The notes: a model not told the origin generated them from the sequence alone. A DNA stretch of 64,000 bases from an uncultured Nitrososphaeraceae archaeon (GCA_963765895.1 CAVXZB010000023.1:32001-96000), one strand, 5' to 3'; counted from the stretch's first letter, positions 41,700 to 52,336 are shown. Numbers and translations: made by a program.

Positions 41700-43589
41700 T
41701 TACAAGCTCAATTTCTTTCTGAGAGACGCGCGGTTGCTATCCATACCGTGCCAAATTATATCAAATCCAAATTTTGAGATAATGTCCAAGAGACAGGATT
41801 CAGGTATATCATTTTTACCCAATATGCCATTTACCTCGCTTAAACTATCAGTATTATCAATTAAATCCTTCAGCTTTTTCAGCTTCCTATCTGAAATCAA
41901 ATATTTATCGACTATAATGTAATTACCTAAACGATCTTTAATTTGAGCTTGTGACTGAATTATTTCCAATAGAGTGTCCGACTCGATATTCCATGCCTTT
42001 GCTAACGCAGTGATTGAAATTACTTCACTATGATTACTCATAACCTGAAAAAGTTCGTCTACAATATGGGTGCACTCGTTCGCTTTCAAATTTTTAGCAT
42101 GTTCCTGATCTATACTTCTAAGATAGTCCAGGATGGGCTTCAGTGGTATATTTTGATTGTTATAGAATATCAATCTTTTGTCAGTTATCGAAGATACCAA
42201 AGAATTCCATGCGCGAGTTTCAGCCAAATTTGATGAACTCGATGCATAGACATCATGATTTATCGCAATCAAGAGATCAATCTTATTTCTCCGGCTAGAG
42301 TTTGCTATACCTGTAATGGCCTTCAGTTTTTGGACCTTTCTCAACAGGTATTCTTTGGTCCAAAATCCTATTATTTCCAAGTATATTTTTTGGTCATATT
42401 TTTCAAATACAAAGTCAGGAATCATGGCTTTACCATTTTGAAGTATCAGTGGGTCAGGCTCCCTAATCAGCTTCCAATCACTAACAGATTGAAGGAATCT
42501 AGTAGCAAATTTTTTCTCTACGTTACTATCGAAATAATCACTGCCTGACGTATATTCACTTCTAGATTCCGTATTTTTCAATTTTGGTTCTGTTAACAGG
42601 TAAGAAGAAGTATCTGCCATTTCGAATTCATAGATCTTCTTGCCTAATGACAAAGTTTTTCTTACAATCCATGCTTTTAATGACCAGCTGGTCAAAGAGG
42701 TTATCAACGGAATCAGTCTTGCTATAGATGTTCCATATCTATCAGTGAGTTTGAAAATACTAAGCGGACCATCGATGGAACAAATTATTGAGTCCTCACT
42801 ATCCGACTCTGCATGATCATTATTCTGAATAGCCCGAGAGATGTCCTCAGAGGCTGATTTTTCGTCAGTATAAGCACGGGACTCTAGATTATACATCAGT
42901 CCAAGCCTTTTTACAGCTCTAAGAGCATACTTCCAATTCGTACCACCATTCAATGAAAACTCGAGTTTTATACAATTAAACAGAAGGGTTTGAACAAGTG
43001 ACAAATTATACCACGCAATCAATCCCTCTGGAGTAATCGGCTCGAATTTTTCTAATAATAAGTTTTCTTCCTGATCGCTCCACATAAGATTCGAAACTAC
43101 CCCGGCAGACGTGCCCATCTTGGCTGCAACCGTATTGACGATTTCATTCCTGTCGATATCTGTGAGTGGAAATCCTCTCTCTGAACCTAGCTCGAATAAC
43201 ATCTTCCGAATGTAGGATGGGACATTCTTATTTTCGAATGCAGAATTATAACTGGCCGCGAAATTATTCATGTTGCCTGATTTATTGTTTGGAATATAGT
43301 CCATGTCACTCAGAATATAGCTGTAGCCATAAGTACATCTTCGCTCTAACAAAGCATAAAAACCTCTTACCAGTTTGTAGTCATCATAGATTGATTCAAG
43401 AGACGCTATTTTTTTCATAAGAGCCCCTTTCGCTTCTCTCATTGATGAAGATTTCTTAAGTTCATCTATCATTTTTTTAGCTAGTTGGATATAGATATCG
43501 AATTTAGGATCGGACCGTTCGCAAAGTAAAGGAGTAATGCTCTTACCTTTATTGGTAATCTTAAATCGCAATAGTTGAAGTTGTAACAA
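41700..43589 (-). CDS. DUF790 family / Bax1-like endonuclease
   Basis: DYKLVRG, YNLSLVQTLLF, VKRLGLMY, IDGPLSIFKLTDRYG, FDSNVEKKF, REP, IPDF, YLEIIGFWT. Confidence 0.9.
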   Translation of the reverse strand: MLQLQLLRFKITNKGKSITPLLCERSDPKFDIYIQLAKKMIDELKKSSSMREAKGALMKKIASLESIYDDYKLVRGFYALLERRCTYGYSYILSDMDYIPNNKSGNMNNFAASYNSAFENKNVPSYIRKMLFELGSERGFPLTDIDRNEIVNTVAAKMGTSAGVVSNLMWSDQEENLLLEKFEPITPEGLIAWYNLSLVQTLLFNCIKLEFSLNGGTNWKYALRAVKRLGLMYNLESRAYTDEKSASEDISRAIQNNDHAESDSEDSIICSIDGPLSIFKLTDRYGTSIARLIPLITSLTSWSLKAWIVRKTLSLGKKIYEFEMADTSSYLLTEPKLKNTESRSEYTSGSDYFDSNVEKKFATRFLQSVSDWKLIREPDPLILQNGKAMIPDFVFEKYDQKIYLEIIGFWTKEYLLRKVQKLKAITGIANSSRRNKIDLLIAINHDVYASSSSNLAETRAWNSLVSSITDKRLIFYNNQNIPLKPILDYLRSIDQEHAKNLKANECTHIVDELFQVMSNHSEVISITALAKAWNIESDTLLEIIQSQAQIKDRLGNYIIVDKYLISDRKLKKLKDLIDNTDSLSEVNGILGKNDIPESCLLDIISKFGFDIIWHGMDSNRASLRKKLSL

Positions 43590-44003
43590 CTAGCAATAAT
43601 CGAGTCTCCTAGGCTCTCCGTAGTGTAATTCAGGCTGTTTTTTAGTAAGCATGACGTCTTGAAAAAGATATTTTGTTTCAGTCAATCTAACACAAATACC
43701 ATTATGCACACGACCAATATATTTGTGAATTATCGGTATTATAATCATATTCATTCCATCAGGTTGATTATTTTCAGCTGAAATTGATCCTGTAAAATGC
43801 AAGCCAAAAGGCCAAGTTCTGAAAATAACATCTTGGGTTGTGAGATAAAAAGGTAACCACAGGTTCAGGCCTACCAAAAAACAATATGATTAAAGATGTA
43901 TTTGTTACAATTGCTAGTCTAGTCGCACTGTAGGAATACTTTTGACTCGGATAACTTCAATAATAAGCCGTCTGATTTGTAATATAATTATTGACTGCTC
44001 TTA

Positions 44004-44225
44004 CTAGTTCAGCCAACGATTGAATAACCGATCATATTTCTTAGTCTGTCCTTTCAACTGACCAGCAATACTGACAGAATTATTATAGCCTGGAGTATTC
44101 TTATCTATTGATTTATAGTATTTGTCATGAGAATCTATCTCTTCTGCAGTGTTCAGAATTTTACATATCGATCTAGACTGGATCAGAGATTCTAGTATCC
44201 TTATCATAATGGATTCCTCTTGCAA
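44004..44225 (-). CDS. hypothetical protein
   Basis: 73-aa ORF with TTG start; weak support. Confidence 0.3.
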   Translation of the reverse strand: MQEESIMIRILESLIQSRSICKILNTAEEIDSHDKYYKSIDKNTPGYNNSVSIAGQLKGQTKKYDRLFNRWLN

Positions 44226-44694
44226 TTATATTAATATCGCTAAGCAAATTTATTTATTGGTTATGCTATTTGTTATATTAAGTAAATACTTTATACTTTA
44301 TGCAGAGCGATTTTAGTATAAAATCATATTGAAATGTCTACGCGTTGCATGGTCAACCAATCTAAATGTGGTTACGAGCATAATGAAGTATTTTTACATT
44401 AGCATCTAAAATTTTGTTCAATTTAAATCTAAATCGAATTTGAATATTGAATAAGAATAGATTGTCTGTATTTGTAGTCATCTTTGGAGGCATGAAAATC
44501 TAAAATAGTCCTCTGAGATCCAACCTATCGGGCTCGATAAAAATATGCTTTGCATTAATTATTTCAGTATGAGCGTAGAATCTCTCATGCGCCCGTTTGT
44601 ACGATGTCAAAATATAACATGAAATACCACTAGTCACTGTACTTATACAATTGTTACGGCATCAGAAACAGTACTAAAGTTAGGTTGGAAAAAT

Positions 44695-44707
44695 TAAAGA
44701 AAAAAAA
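44695..44707 (-). terminator. oligo-T terminator of the His-rich peptide gene
   Basis: A-run (gaaaaaaaa on +) about 40 nt past the stop, reading as a T-tract on the minus strand. Confidence 0.45.
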
Positions 44708-44746
44708 TTAGGCTATTATGCCTTGTTTGTTATCGAGTTTTTACCT

Positions 44747-44980
44747 CTAGTGGCGATGGTGGTGGTGGTAATGATGGTGGTGGTGATGATGATGGTGGTG
44801 GTGATGATGATGGTGGTGGTGGTGATGATGATGGTGGTGGTGGTGGTGGTGATGATGATGGTCGTGATGACCCCCAGCAAATGCCTCATTGCTTACAATA
44901 GGTGCTATCGCAAGCAAAGATAGCGCAATCGCTAGTACGCCTACCCCAATGATTAATGACGTCTGTTTTGTAAACATCAT
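44747..44980 (-). CDS. secreted poly-histidine peptide (Sec signal peptide plus GGH-led His tract)
   Basis: MMFTKQ + hydrophobic core + AFA cleavage motif, then GGHHD(H)30YHHHHRH; CAT and CAC codons interspersed. Confidence 0.85.
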   Translation of the reverse strand: MMFTKQTSLIIGVGVLAIALSLLAIAPIVSNEAFAGGHHDHHHHHHHHHHHHHHHHHHHHHHHHHHHHHHYHHHHRH

Positions 44981-45000
44981 TATACTAGAACATTCTCACG

Positions 45001-45010
45001 TATATAAAAG
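45001..45010 (-). promoter_or_regulatory. TATA box of the His-rich peptide gene (leaderless arrangement)
   Basis: CTTTTATATA on the minus strand, 21-30 nt upstream of the ATG at 44980. Confidence 0.6.
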
Positions 45011-45218
45011 GACTGATAGAAATTTCTAAAGATTATACGTGTAATATATTCAGGTATATTATTATTTAGCGGTAATCTGGTAGAATTTTTATATTGTTAT
45101 TTAATACTGCATAACTATTCTTATAAGCTACATTCGAGATTGAGGAATATATTCACTAGGACAGCTCTAATCCAAAGTCATATCTAACAAATTCGTAAGT
45201 TGGTAATGTAATCTGGTA

Positions 45219-46223
45219 TTATGTACCTACACATCTCAATTTGCTTAGGAGTAAGTGCCTGAACCTCGAGCCGTTGACATAAAATGCGATCAGTACCTGT
45301 CCTGCCGAGTCCTTTTTAAATATAGATAACCCACGTTCACTTCCTTCATCGGTCAAAATTTCCACTTCTCCTTTAACGAACCTAAAAAGTGAAGGCTCTT
45401 CTAGCATGAATACGGCTATTACATCGTGCAAATATAGAACGGTATTTCGTTCTAGTTTGTAATCAAGCAATGATGATAGGAATTTTGAAGCTTCAGAGGG
45501 GGATCTGCCATGGCCATTAGTATTACAAATTCTTTTCACTAAATCCTTATTTATTGAACACTTAGGATTCTGAGTGAGATTAAGTCCAACAATCCTTATC
45601 ATGAATCGATGTTTAGCATTTAGGACTATTTTAGCCGCCTCAGGGTCAGAATAAAAATTGAATTCTACAGATCTCTTTATATCTCCAGTTGATTTTCCAG
45701 TTTCACGATATGAACCTCCCATTATTGAGATTTCTTTGATCCTCTGCTGAGATTTACCTTCTTTCATTACCATCGTTGCAATGTTAGTTAGAGGGCCAGT
45801 AGCTATGATTGAAATATTCTCATCCGGATACTTTTGTAAAATAAATTCAATGAAGTCCGAATAATTGTGTGTTCCCTTTAGAGCATCAGGAGTGATTCTA
45901 TTCCAGAGTTCGTTCATCTTTTTATCGTCGAGAACCAGATTACCTAATCCTCGCCTTCCGTGGCTTACTTCTCTTCCTATTTTCATTTTAGAGGACTGTG
46001 AGCGGTTCCTTAAGGATCTTCTTGCACCTTGGAATACAGGAATATTCAGCCTATTCTCAATTTCAAGCGCCTTCAAAACATTCGACATGCCAATATTAGG
46101 ATTGACGTTGCCATTTACGGTACTAATGCCAACGACACAGATATTACTTGACCTCAAAGCCACTAAAATGGCAATGACGTCATCGATACCTGAATCTACA
46201 TCTAAAATGACTCTTCTAAGCAA
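45219..46223 (-). CDS. inosine/uridine-preferring nucleoside hydrolase
   Basis: ILDVDSGIDD, TVNGN, HGRRGLG, TGPLTN, MGG, EFNFYSDPEAA, LHD; start probably TTG at 46223. Confidence 0.9.
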   Translation of the reverse strand: MLRRVILDVDSGIDDVIAILVALRSSNICVVGISTVNGNVNPNIGMSNVLKALEIENRLNIPVFQGARRSLRNRSQSSKMKIGREVSHGRRGLGNLVLDDKKMNELWNRITPDALKGTHNYSDFIEFILQKYPDENISIIATGPLTNIATMVMKEGKSQQRIKEISIMGGSYRETGKSTGDIKRSVEFNFYSDPEAAKIVLNAKHRFMIRIVGLNLTQNPKCSINKDLVKRICNTNGHGRSPSEASKFLSSLLDYKLERNTVLYLHDVIAVFMLEEPSLFRFVKGEVEILTDEGSERGLSIFKKDSAGQVLIAFYVNGSRFRHLLLSKLRCVGT

Positions 46224-47029
46224 ATCCTCAATTCTATAAACACAGTGTAGTAGCATAATATTTTTTGCATAATTTGCAACAAGGCAGTTCCAAGTATAAA
46301 TTGCAATAATATTGCAAACATGAAGATAATAGTAAATTATATTAAATATAATACTGGATTTTAGGAGCTGTACCAAATGGAATATGAATAATTGCTACCA
46401 GGCAGTACATTCGCGCTTTTGCCGAATAATGATCTAATGATTTCATAAACTCAAATAATTCCATTTCTTAATCTGGTACTCTAGCAATGCAGCTATACCG
46501 AATTAGTAACCTAAGATGTAGTGCTTATAACCCATCCTAGCAGAATCTGGTAATTTTCAGTTTAGTTCACTTCCCTTTCCAATTGTAAATATCCAATCAG
46601 AATATCTAAATGATATGACTTTAATTATACGTAGCACTTTATAGTGAGAATCTTGAGTTAGCGGCAAATTCGTTTAATTTATCTTTACCTCAATTGATAA
46701 CTAAATTAATCCATTAATGATAGCTAACCATTTTCCCTTGACTTCTTGCACTCCTTATGTCCTATGCTCATCCACTTATGGTAATGCTAGCTTTGTATTC
46801 TTTTACAGTAAATATTGTAAAATTACATTAGAAAGCTCAGCACTAATAAAAGGTTGATTATTTCGCTCGTCTGGCGTTTCAAGAGCCATTCCGAATTTAT
46901 AAAGCCAATTGTCTGCCTCTTCTATCTAATATGAATTTCAGAGATCTACAACCAAAGCATTCCTATAGCTATAACATCAGAAAAAAGAAATATTAACATA
47001 AAGTATCGCAATTCTTGCCTCCTTTACAA

Positions 47030-47662
47030 CTATTTTTTGTCTTTTGGATAAACATACCTTTCACTCGATGAAGAGGCTTTATCTGCTGGTCCATGGTAAT
47101 CATCTGGGTATGCTTCATGTATCAATTGGTTAACAGCCTCGCCCGTCGGCAAAGGAGCGTTTCTATCAACTTCATATTTGAAAATTTCTGGAAAATCTAA
47201 ATTTAATATTACGTTTCTGCCAACTGCAATTATGTGCGATTTAGGAATATCGTACCTATAACCTCGATCTCCAAAGACAATTATCTTATCAGAAGTTTCT
47301 TTCATAATATATCCAACATGGTCTTCATTATTCGCGCGGACTCCCTTGTTAAACAGAGATTTAGGGTATTCTTTTTCATAAGTTCCAAGATCAATTCTCC
47401 CAGATGGCGAAGCCCAGGGGTCTTCACGGCTAGATGGAAGTGGGCTTTCACGGTCTACTTTGTACTTATTTACAATATCCTTGAAACTAAGACCGACTAG
47501 GACATTAGCACCAATTTGTTGAATTTCAGAAATTGGTATATCGTACCTTTCATGCTTTCCTCCAAATACAATAATTTTATCTGGGGTCTCTCTTACAACG
47601 TGTCCGATATCAGGTGAATCCAGAGCTTTTACCCCTTTGTTGAAGTACTTTCCAGAAGTCAT
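47030..47662 (-). CDS. hypothetical protein with two tandem PRC-barrel-like repeats
   Basis: FNKGV.A....IG.V..ET.DKIIVFG....RYDIP.S.I...G.NV occurs twice. Confidence 0.75.
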   Translation of the reverse strand: MTSGKYFNKGVKALDSPDIGHVVRETPDKIIVFGGKHERYDIPISEIQQIGANVLVGLSFKDIVNKYKVDRESPLPSSREDPWASPSGRIDLGTYEKEYPKSLFNKGVRANNEDHVGYIMKETSDKIIVFGDRGYRYDIPKSHIIAVGRNVILNLDFPEIFKYEVDRNAPLPTGEAVNQLIHEAYPDDYHGPADKASSSSERYVYPKDKK

Positions 47663-47988
47663 ACTTTTCCATAAGAATCATATCGAATCAATTATTTAAT
47701 GATTTATTTAGATCGAGTTTTTGAGTTACTTGCACTATATTTAGTATTGAGAACTACTGAGTAGATCAAACAGGGAATCAAATAAGTTTAAAGTTTATGT
47801 TTCCTTGACACATGAAAATCGATCCTATGAAATGTGGTTACATCATTAAGCCAAAACTCATTCCGTAATACTGGGATCAATGTCTGGAATTCCTATTGTT
47901 TGATTAGTTACAGTGACTAGTTACTTAAATCAAGTCTAAACATATTCATATATATGATATACTCCACTATAAACTTGTAAAGGAGATA

Positions 47989-48327
47989 ATGAACCATACC
48001 CTTAAACCAGTTCTGAAAAGACAATTATTGTTTATTGGAGGTAGTTTAGCGGCTTGTTTTGTAATTGGTTACGTGTTTGGCTATTTCATAGGTATTATTC
48101 TAAATATGGCGATATTCGTAGGAATTTTATTCTACATTAGGAAAAAACAGACAGGAGCATTAAAATCTTTGGGTTTTGGTGATGAAAAAGCAGGAGGAGC
48201 AGGTTTCAGCTGGTTTAGTAACGTGTCGGTAAAAGTAAGGTATGTCTGCTTAGGATGCGGGGCTGAAATAGACGGTATTAATAGTTGTAGTAAATGTGGA
48301 TCGCGAATGAAAAAGCCTATATTTTGA
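47989..48327 (+). CDS. small membrane protein with C-terminal zinc ribbon
   Basis: Two hydrophobic helices then CLGC...CSKCG; GGAG ribosome-binding site upstream. Confidence 0.75.
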   Translation: MNHTLKPVLKRQLLFIGGSLAACFVIGYVFGYFIGIILNMAIFVGILFYIRKKQTGALKSLGFGDEKAGGAGFSWFSNVSVKVRYVCLGCGAEIDGINSCSKCGSRMKKPIF

Positions 48328-48805
48328 AGTTAAGATGTGAGCTAAATGTTTGCTGAAAGTATTATTCATTGTGAAAGTACCATATCAATAAAGCTTCTAT
48401 AATGATTTTCTCGATAGCTATACCATTTACGTGCTAAACATTCTGGATATCGTTGACCTGAATTTCAACATTGGTATTTATTGTTTTAGCTTGAAAATAT
48501 TCTGTTAAAGTCCCTAATAGCGAATATAATTAGATCCATTACAATTTTCAAATGAAAAAAGAGACAAGCTATGTTAATAATACTGTCGATATCTAATGTG
48601 GAATCAGAGGAAAATTCAATCATCTCAATTACCTGTTCCTTAAATTTACTTTCCAATAAGATAGTTGCCGTGTTTGATATTGATCATTTATCCAAGGATC
48701 ATGCACTACGAGTATTGTTCTCTTTTTCTACTACTACCAATAAATTGTTTGAATATTCATATATAATTGTCTTTGCCAGAAAATCAACATATTGTCTGCT
48801 CAAGT

Positions 48806-48853
48806 CATATTATATTATATTATATTATATTTTATTTTATTTTATTTTATATT
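48806..48853. repeat. AT microsatellite (TATAT)n/(TTTAT)n
   Basis: tattatattatattatattatattttattttattttatttta read directly. Confidence 0.8.
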
Positions 48854-48928
48854 ACGTTGTACAGATGGTATTAGGGAATAAAAAACGTTACCCTTTTTCG
48901 TAAGGGTTGAAGAAATGTTCTCTTGTCT

Positions 48929-50424
48929 CTATATCCCAGGAACAAATGGTGGTCTATTGATATTAATCGGCGAATCCTGATGGTGGTGAAGTTTCAAAGT
49001 CTGATGTGATTTAACAGGTGTCGTGGAGATTATAGCTACGGATTGTGTCATTGCATCGTGATGGTTGACAACGTTGAACATGCCCATCCATCCTAGGTTG
49101 GTAAATTCAGTAGTATGGGCGTGAAACATATACATTCCAGGTTTAGTATAGTTAAATTCAACTATCCCCCTATCTCCCTGTGCTAGTTCAACGATATCGG
49201 TTCTATAAGTAGGATTTAGCCCGGTGCCGGCAGGATAATATTCGAACATATTTCCATGCAAGTGAAAATTATTCATGGGATCAAATTCAAGCATGTTGAC
49301 CAAGTAAATTCTATACTGCTGTCCTGTCGCCAGCTGTATTGGATAGTCATTATAGATAAATGCAGGACCGTTCACGCTGTATATCTGATTTCCTGGTCCT
49401 GAACCCTCATCTGATGCAGTTGCTTTCTCAAAATTTGTGCGCAAAGCAGAGGCCGTTGGAGGTTGTTGTTCTGTAGGCTGAAGCGTTAGGACTATAATCG
49501 TCTTTCAGGTTATAGCCATTCATTAGCATCACCATCTCTCTTGCTGGAGACCTAGGCACCTTTGGATCGATTATCATGGCACCATATAGTCCATGATTAA
49601 TATGCGATTGCACAGGCGCCACATGACAATGGTAAGGATATACACCATACGGGTCAGCTGTGAATGTATAAGTGTAGTGTCCTCCAGGTGGTATAGTGCC
49701 GGCCATACCGGTTACTCCATCCATCATCCCGGAATGAATCGAATGCATATGTAACGAGTGAGGATGAAGAGACGATTTCGAATTATAAACTGTGATCTTT
49801 ACTAGATCTCCTTGAGTCATTCTCATCGTTGGGCCCGGAATTGTATTGTTGAAAGTCCATGCATTATACAGTACCTGGGTCAGTTTTGTTATCAGTAATT
49901 GGAAGAACATTGTTCTCGCTAACTACCAGTGAGAACTCTCTTAATGTAGTACCGTTTTGTAACTTGGTAACGTGTCCACAATTAAAGTATGTCAAGTATT
50001 CAACAGGATTTGGTCTCTCACTAAGATTGGTGGCACAGTTTTTTCCAATTGGTACAGACATCATAGATGGGTTTGACGTAATCGGACTTGTCGCCACTAT
50101 TGGGTGTGTAGGGACTTGCGTTTCATCGTGCGGTGTGTCTGCATTGTCTTTCATTTGCAAATTTTCATTATTAGAATCAGCTGTATTGGATGCAACGGTC
50201 TTACCACTATCATTATTTTCTCCCTTATCGTGATGAGACTTTGCATACAGATTGATAGAATTTGGACTGCCATACGTTATTGTGGAAAGGACTAGGAGGC
50301 CTATAACGGCGATTAGAAAGTAGCTTTGAACAGTAAGTCTTCTGGTATTCAAAAAAAATGTACTACGAAAAAAAGTCATGTCCCTGCTCCGAATTATAGT
50401 TTCTAAATAATCTGAAATTGGCAT
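48929..50424 (-). CDS. two-domain multicopper oxidase, secreted (frameshifts at about 49873 and 49486)
   Basis: AWTFNNTIPGP, PHSLHMH, YPYHCH...HINHGLYG (T1 site in domain 1), NFHLHG and MFHAH in domain 2; N-terminal hydrophobic segment. Confidence 0.9.
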
Positions 50425-50884
50425 TCAAACATAGGTTTTTAAATTTATATCTCAATATAAAGTAAGCAGTGAGACATCGTAACACATCGTTAGACAATCT
50501 TAGCTGAAATAGTGGGATAGTTAATTATCTTACATATACTCAACATATCTTAGATATTCTTATGGTATTATCTCAGTGTATCGTATAGTATAGTTTTCTT
50601 CTCTTAAAAGAGTATATGATTTGCGGGGGGAGGATTGTTTGAGAGAAATAATTGATACTTTCTTATAGAGTACTATTACAGTTTTGAATTAAATTCAAAT
50701 TATCTGTAGGCCAGCTAAATCTATCTTTTGCCATACAACTATGTTCCGCAAGGGTTGGCGAATATTTTGGATAAATCAACAAACTCGCTCAAACTACCAG
50801 TGAAGATACCGATGTAATCTATTGCAGGCTATGTTTTAGAGAGGTTATCTGTGCATAACAGATGATATTGCTCGAAATGGCATT

Positions 50885-51265
50885 TCATCTGGAAAATGCA
50901 AAGGCTCCAGACGTTGCCCAGTCAGGCGCTAATCGTGATTCATCAACAGTTATGTTATATACTCCATGTCCGCTAGATGCAATGATAAGAGGTCTAGTGG
51001 TTGTCTCTATCATATTCGTGACTTTGCCATTGTTATTTTTCAGGTAAATTATTAGGTCGACAAGGTTAGTATTTGTAGAGCCTTCGTTATTTACTCTACC
51101 TGAACAATTCAAGATTTCCACCTCTTTGACACATTTATGACCTACAACTCTTAGTAAAGATTCGTTAGTAGCCATCGCAGGGCTAACGATATGTCCTTGC
51201 AATAAGGACTCAATCAAAAAGTTCACCTCAAGAACCAGCAAAAGGATTATCATGGCTTTCAGCAT
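50885..51265 (-). CDS. secreted FxLYD-like domain protein
   Basis: Signal-like N-terminus, G.V.N.G......V.L..YL...NG.V and I.......Y pattern. Confidence 0.6.
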   Translation of the reverse strand: MLKAMIILLLVLEVNFLIESLLQGHIVSPAMATNESLLRVVGHKCVKEVEILNCSGRVNNEGSTNTNLVDLIIYLKNNNGKVTNMIETTTRPLIIASSGHGVYNITVDESRLAPDWATSGAFAFSR

Positions 51266-51789
51266 AATTGAGCATCTATCACATCTAGATGAACTTTTGT
51301 GATCCTTAATAATCTAACGACACCATTGAGTTATCAGAAGATATCATTGGCTAGACTTACCGCTTGAACTTGCTTAATTTACACGCGAGCGGAGATATTT
51401 TGAATTCGTGTAAAGGTATTAACAGATTCACGTTGGTAGGGTGCTATACAAATGGGTTTTTGCCTGAATTCATAAAAACGTCCCGGCCATTAATCCAGAC
51501 ATTCTTGGTAGTACGATGTACAGGAAGCAACTGCCCTTTCTGCGTATCAATTCATAACTACGTTTCTGAGCAACATTAACCTGACTTACTTTAATGCGTG
51601 TTATCATATACTAAATAATGTATTAGATATATGGATGACTGATCTGATTTATCGTCCTATTAATCTGATCTTATTCAATTTTTCTCTATCGTATAGTCTG
51701 TTTTTGTTAACAAAATGCTGAAGGTCTATTTGTAATGAACTATAAATAGTCTTTGGAAAGTATTACTAGAAGTAGGATTACCTAGGTAT

Positions 51790-52188
51790 GTGGCATCGAA
51801 GACTCTTCTAAAAAAGAATAGAAAGGATGGCGCTATAATAGTATCAACATTTCCAGAGCCCCGCATATTTTCAGCTGTAGCCAGAAATTTGATTGTGGAT
51901 AAACACCTGTGTGCATGCATAAACGTGATTAAAATTGACTCGCTTTATCATTGGAAAGGCAAGCTGGAAATTCATGAAGAGTACCTGGCTCTATTCAAGT
52001 CAACACGCAAAAGAGTACCTGCTCTCATACATGAAATAGAAAAAATTCATCCATATGAGGTTCCTGAAATTATAGAGCTGAAAACTAACAGATTCTCTAA
52101 GGCGTACCTCTCTTGGTTAGATAGCGAAACGTCTGACTATCCCGACACACTCCAAGAAGATAATGAGAAAAAATCTGGCAAGAAATAA
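51790..52188 (+). CDS. cutA: divalent-cation tolerance protein CutA
   Basis: LCACIN, SLYHWKGK, E...LFKS, HPYEVPEII. Confidence 0.93.
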   Translation: MASKTLLKKNRKDGAIIVSTFPEPRIFSAVARNLIVDKHLCACINVIKIDSLYHWKGKLEIHEEYLALFKSTRKRVPALIHEIEKIHPYEVPEIIELKTNRFSKAYLSWLDSETSDYPDTLQEDNEKKSGKK

Positions 52189-52244
52189 GAAATAAGAATA
52201 AAAATAAGAAATAAGAAATAAGAAATAAGAAATAAGAAATAAGA
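52180..52244. repeat. 7-bp tandem repeat (AAGAAAT)n between convergent cutA and pelota
   Basis: About nine units with one irregular stretch; the first units overlap the cutA stop. Confidence 0.9.
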
Positions 52245-52336
52245 GTTAAAATTCATCTTCATCTTTAACCTCCTTCAATTCATCTTATAGTCAAAAGCCG
52301 TTACTTGTTCTATTTATACAAATACATTGAAAAAGG

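Noticed and set aside
44723-44923. Plus-strand poly-Val/Met ORF
   Set aside because: Antisense shadow of the His tract; the minus-strand gene has a signal peptide, TATA box and terminator
48571-48903. 110-aa plus-strand ORF (likewise 51364-51579 and 29810-30241)
   Set aside because: It runs through an AT microsatellite and reads like an antisense shadow of decayed minus-strand sequence; no family support
48929-50424. Calling the copper protein nitrite reductase NirK
   Set aside because: HxH motifs in both domains fit a trinuclear-site two-domain oxidase better than NirK
40767-52300. Integrative element or provirus at tRNA-Pro
   Set aside because: No integrase, transposase or viral gene recognised; no duplicated tRNA 3' end seen; the region lies on the 5' side of the tRNA
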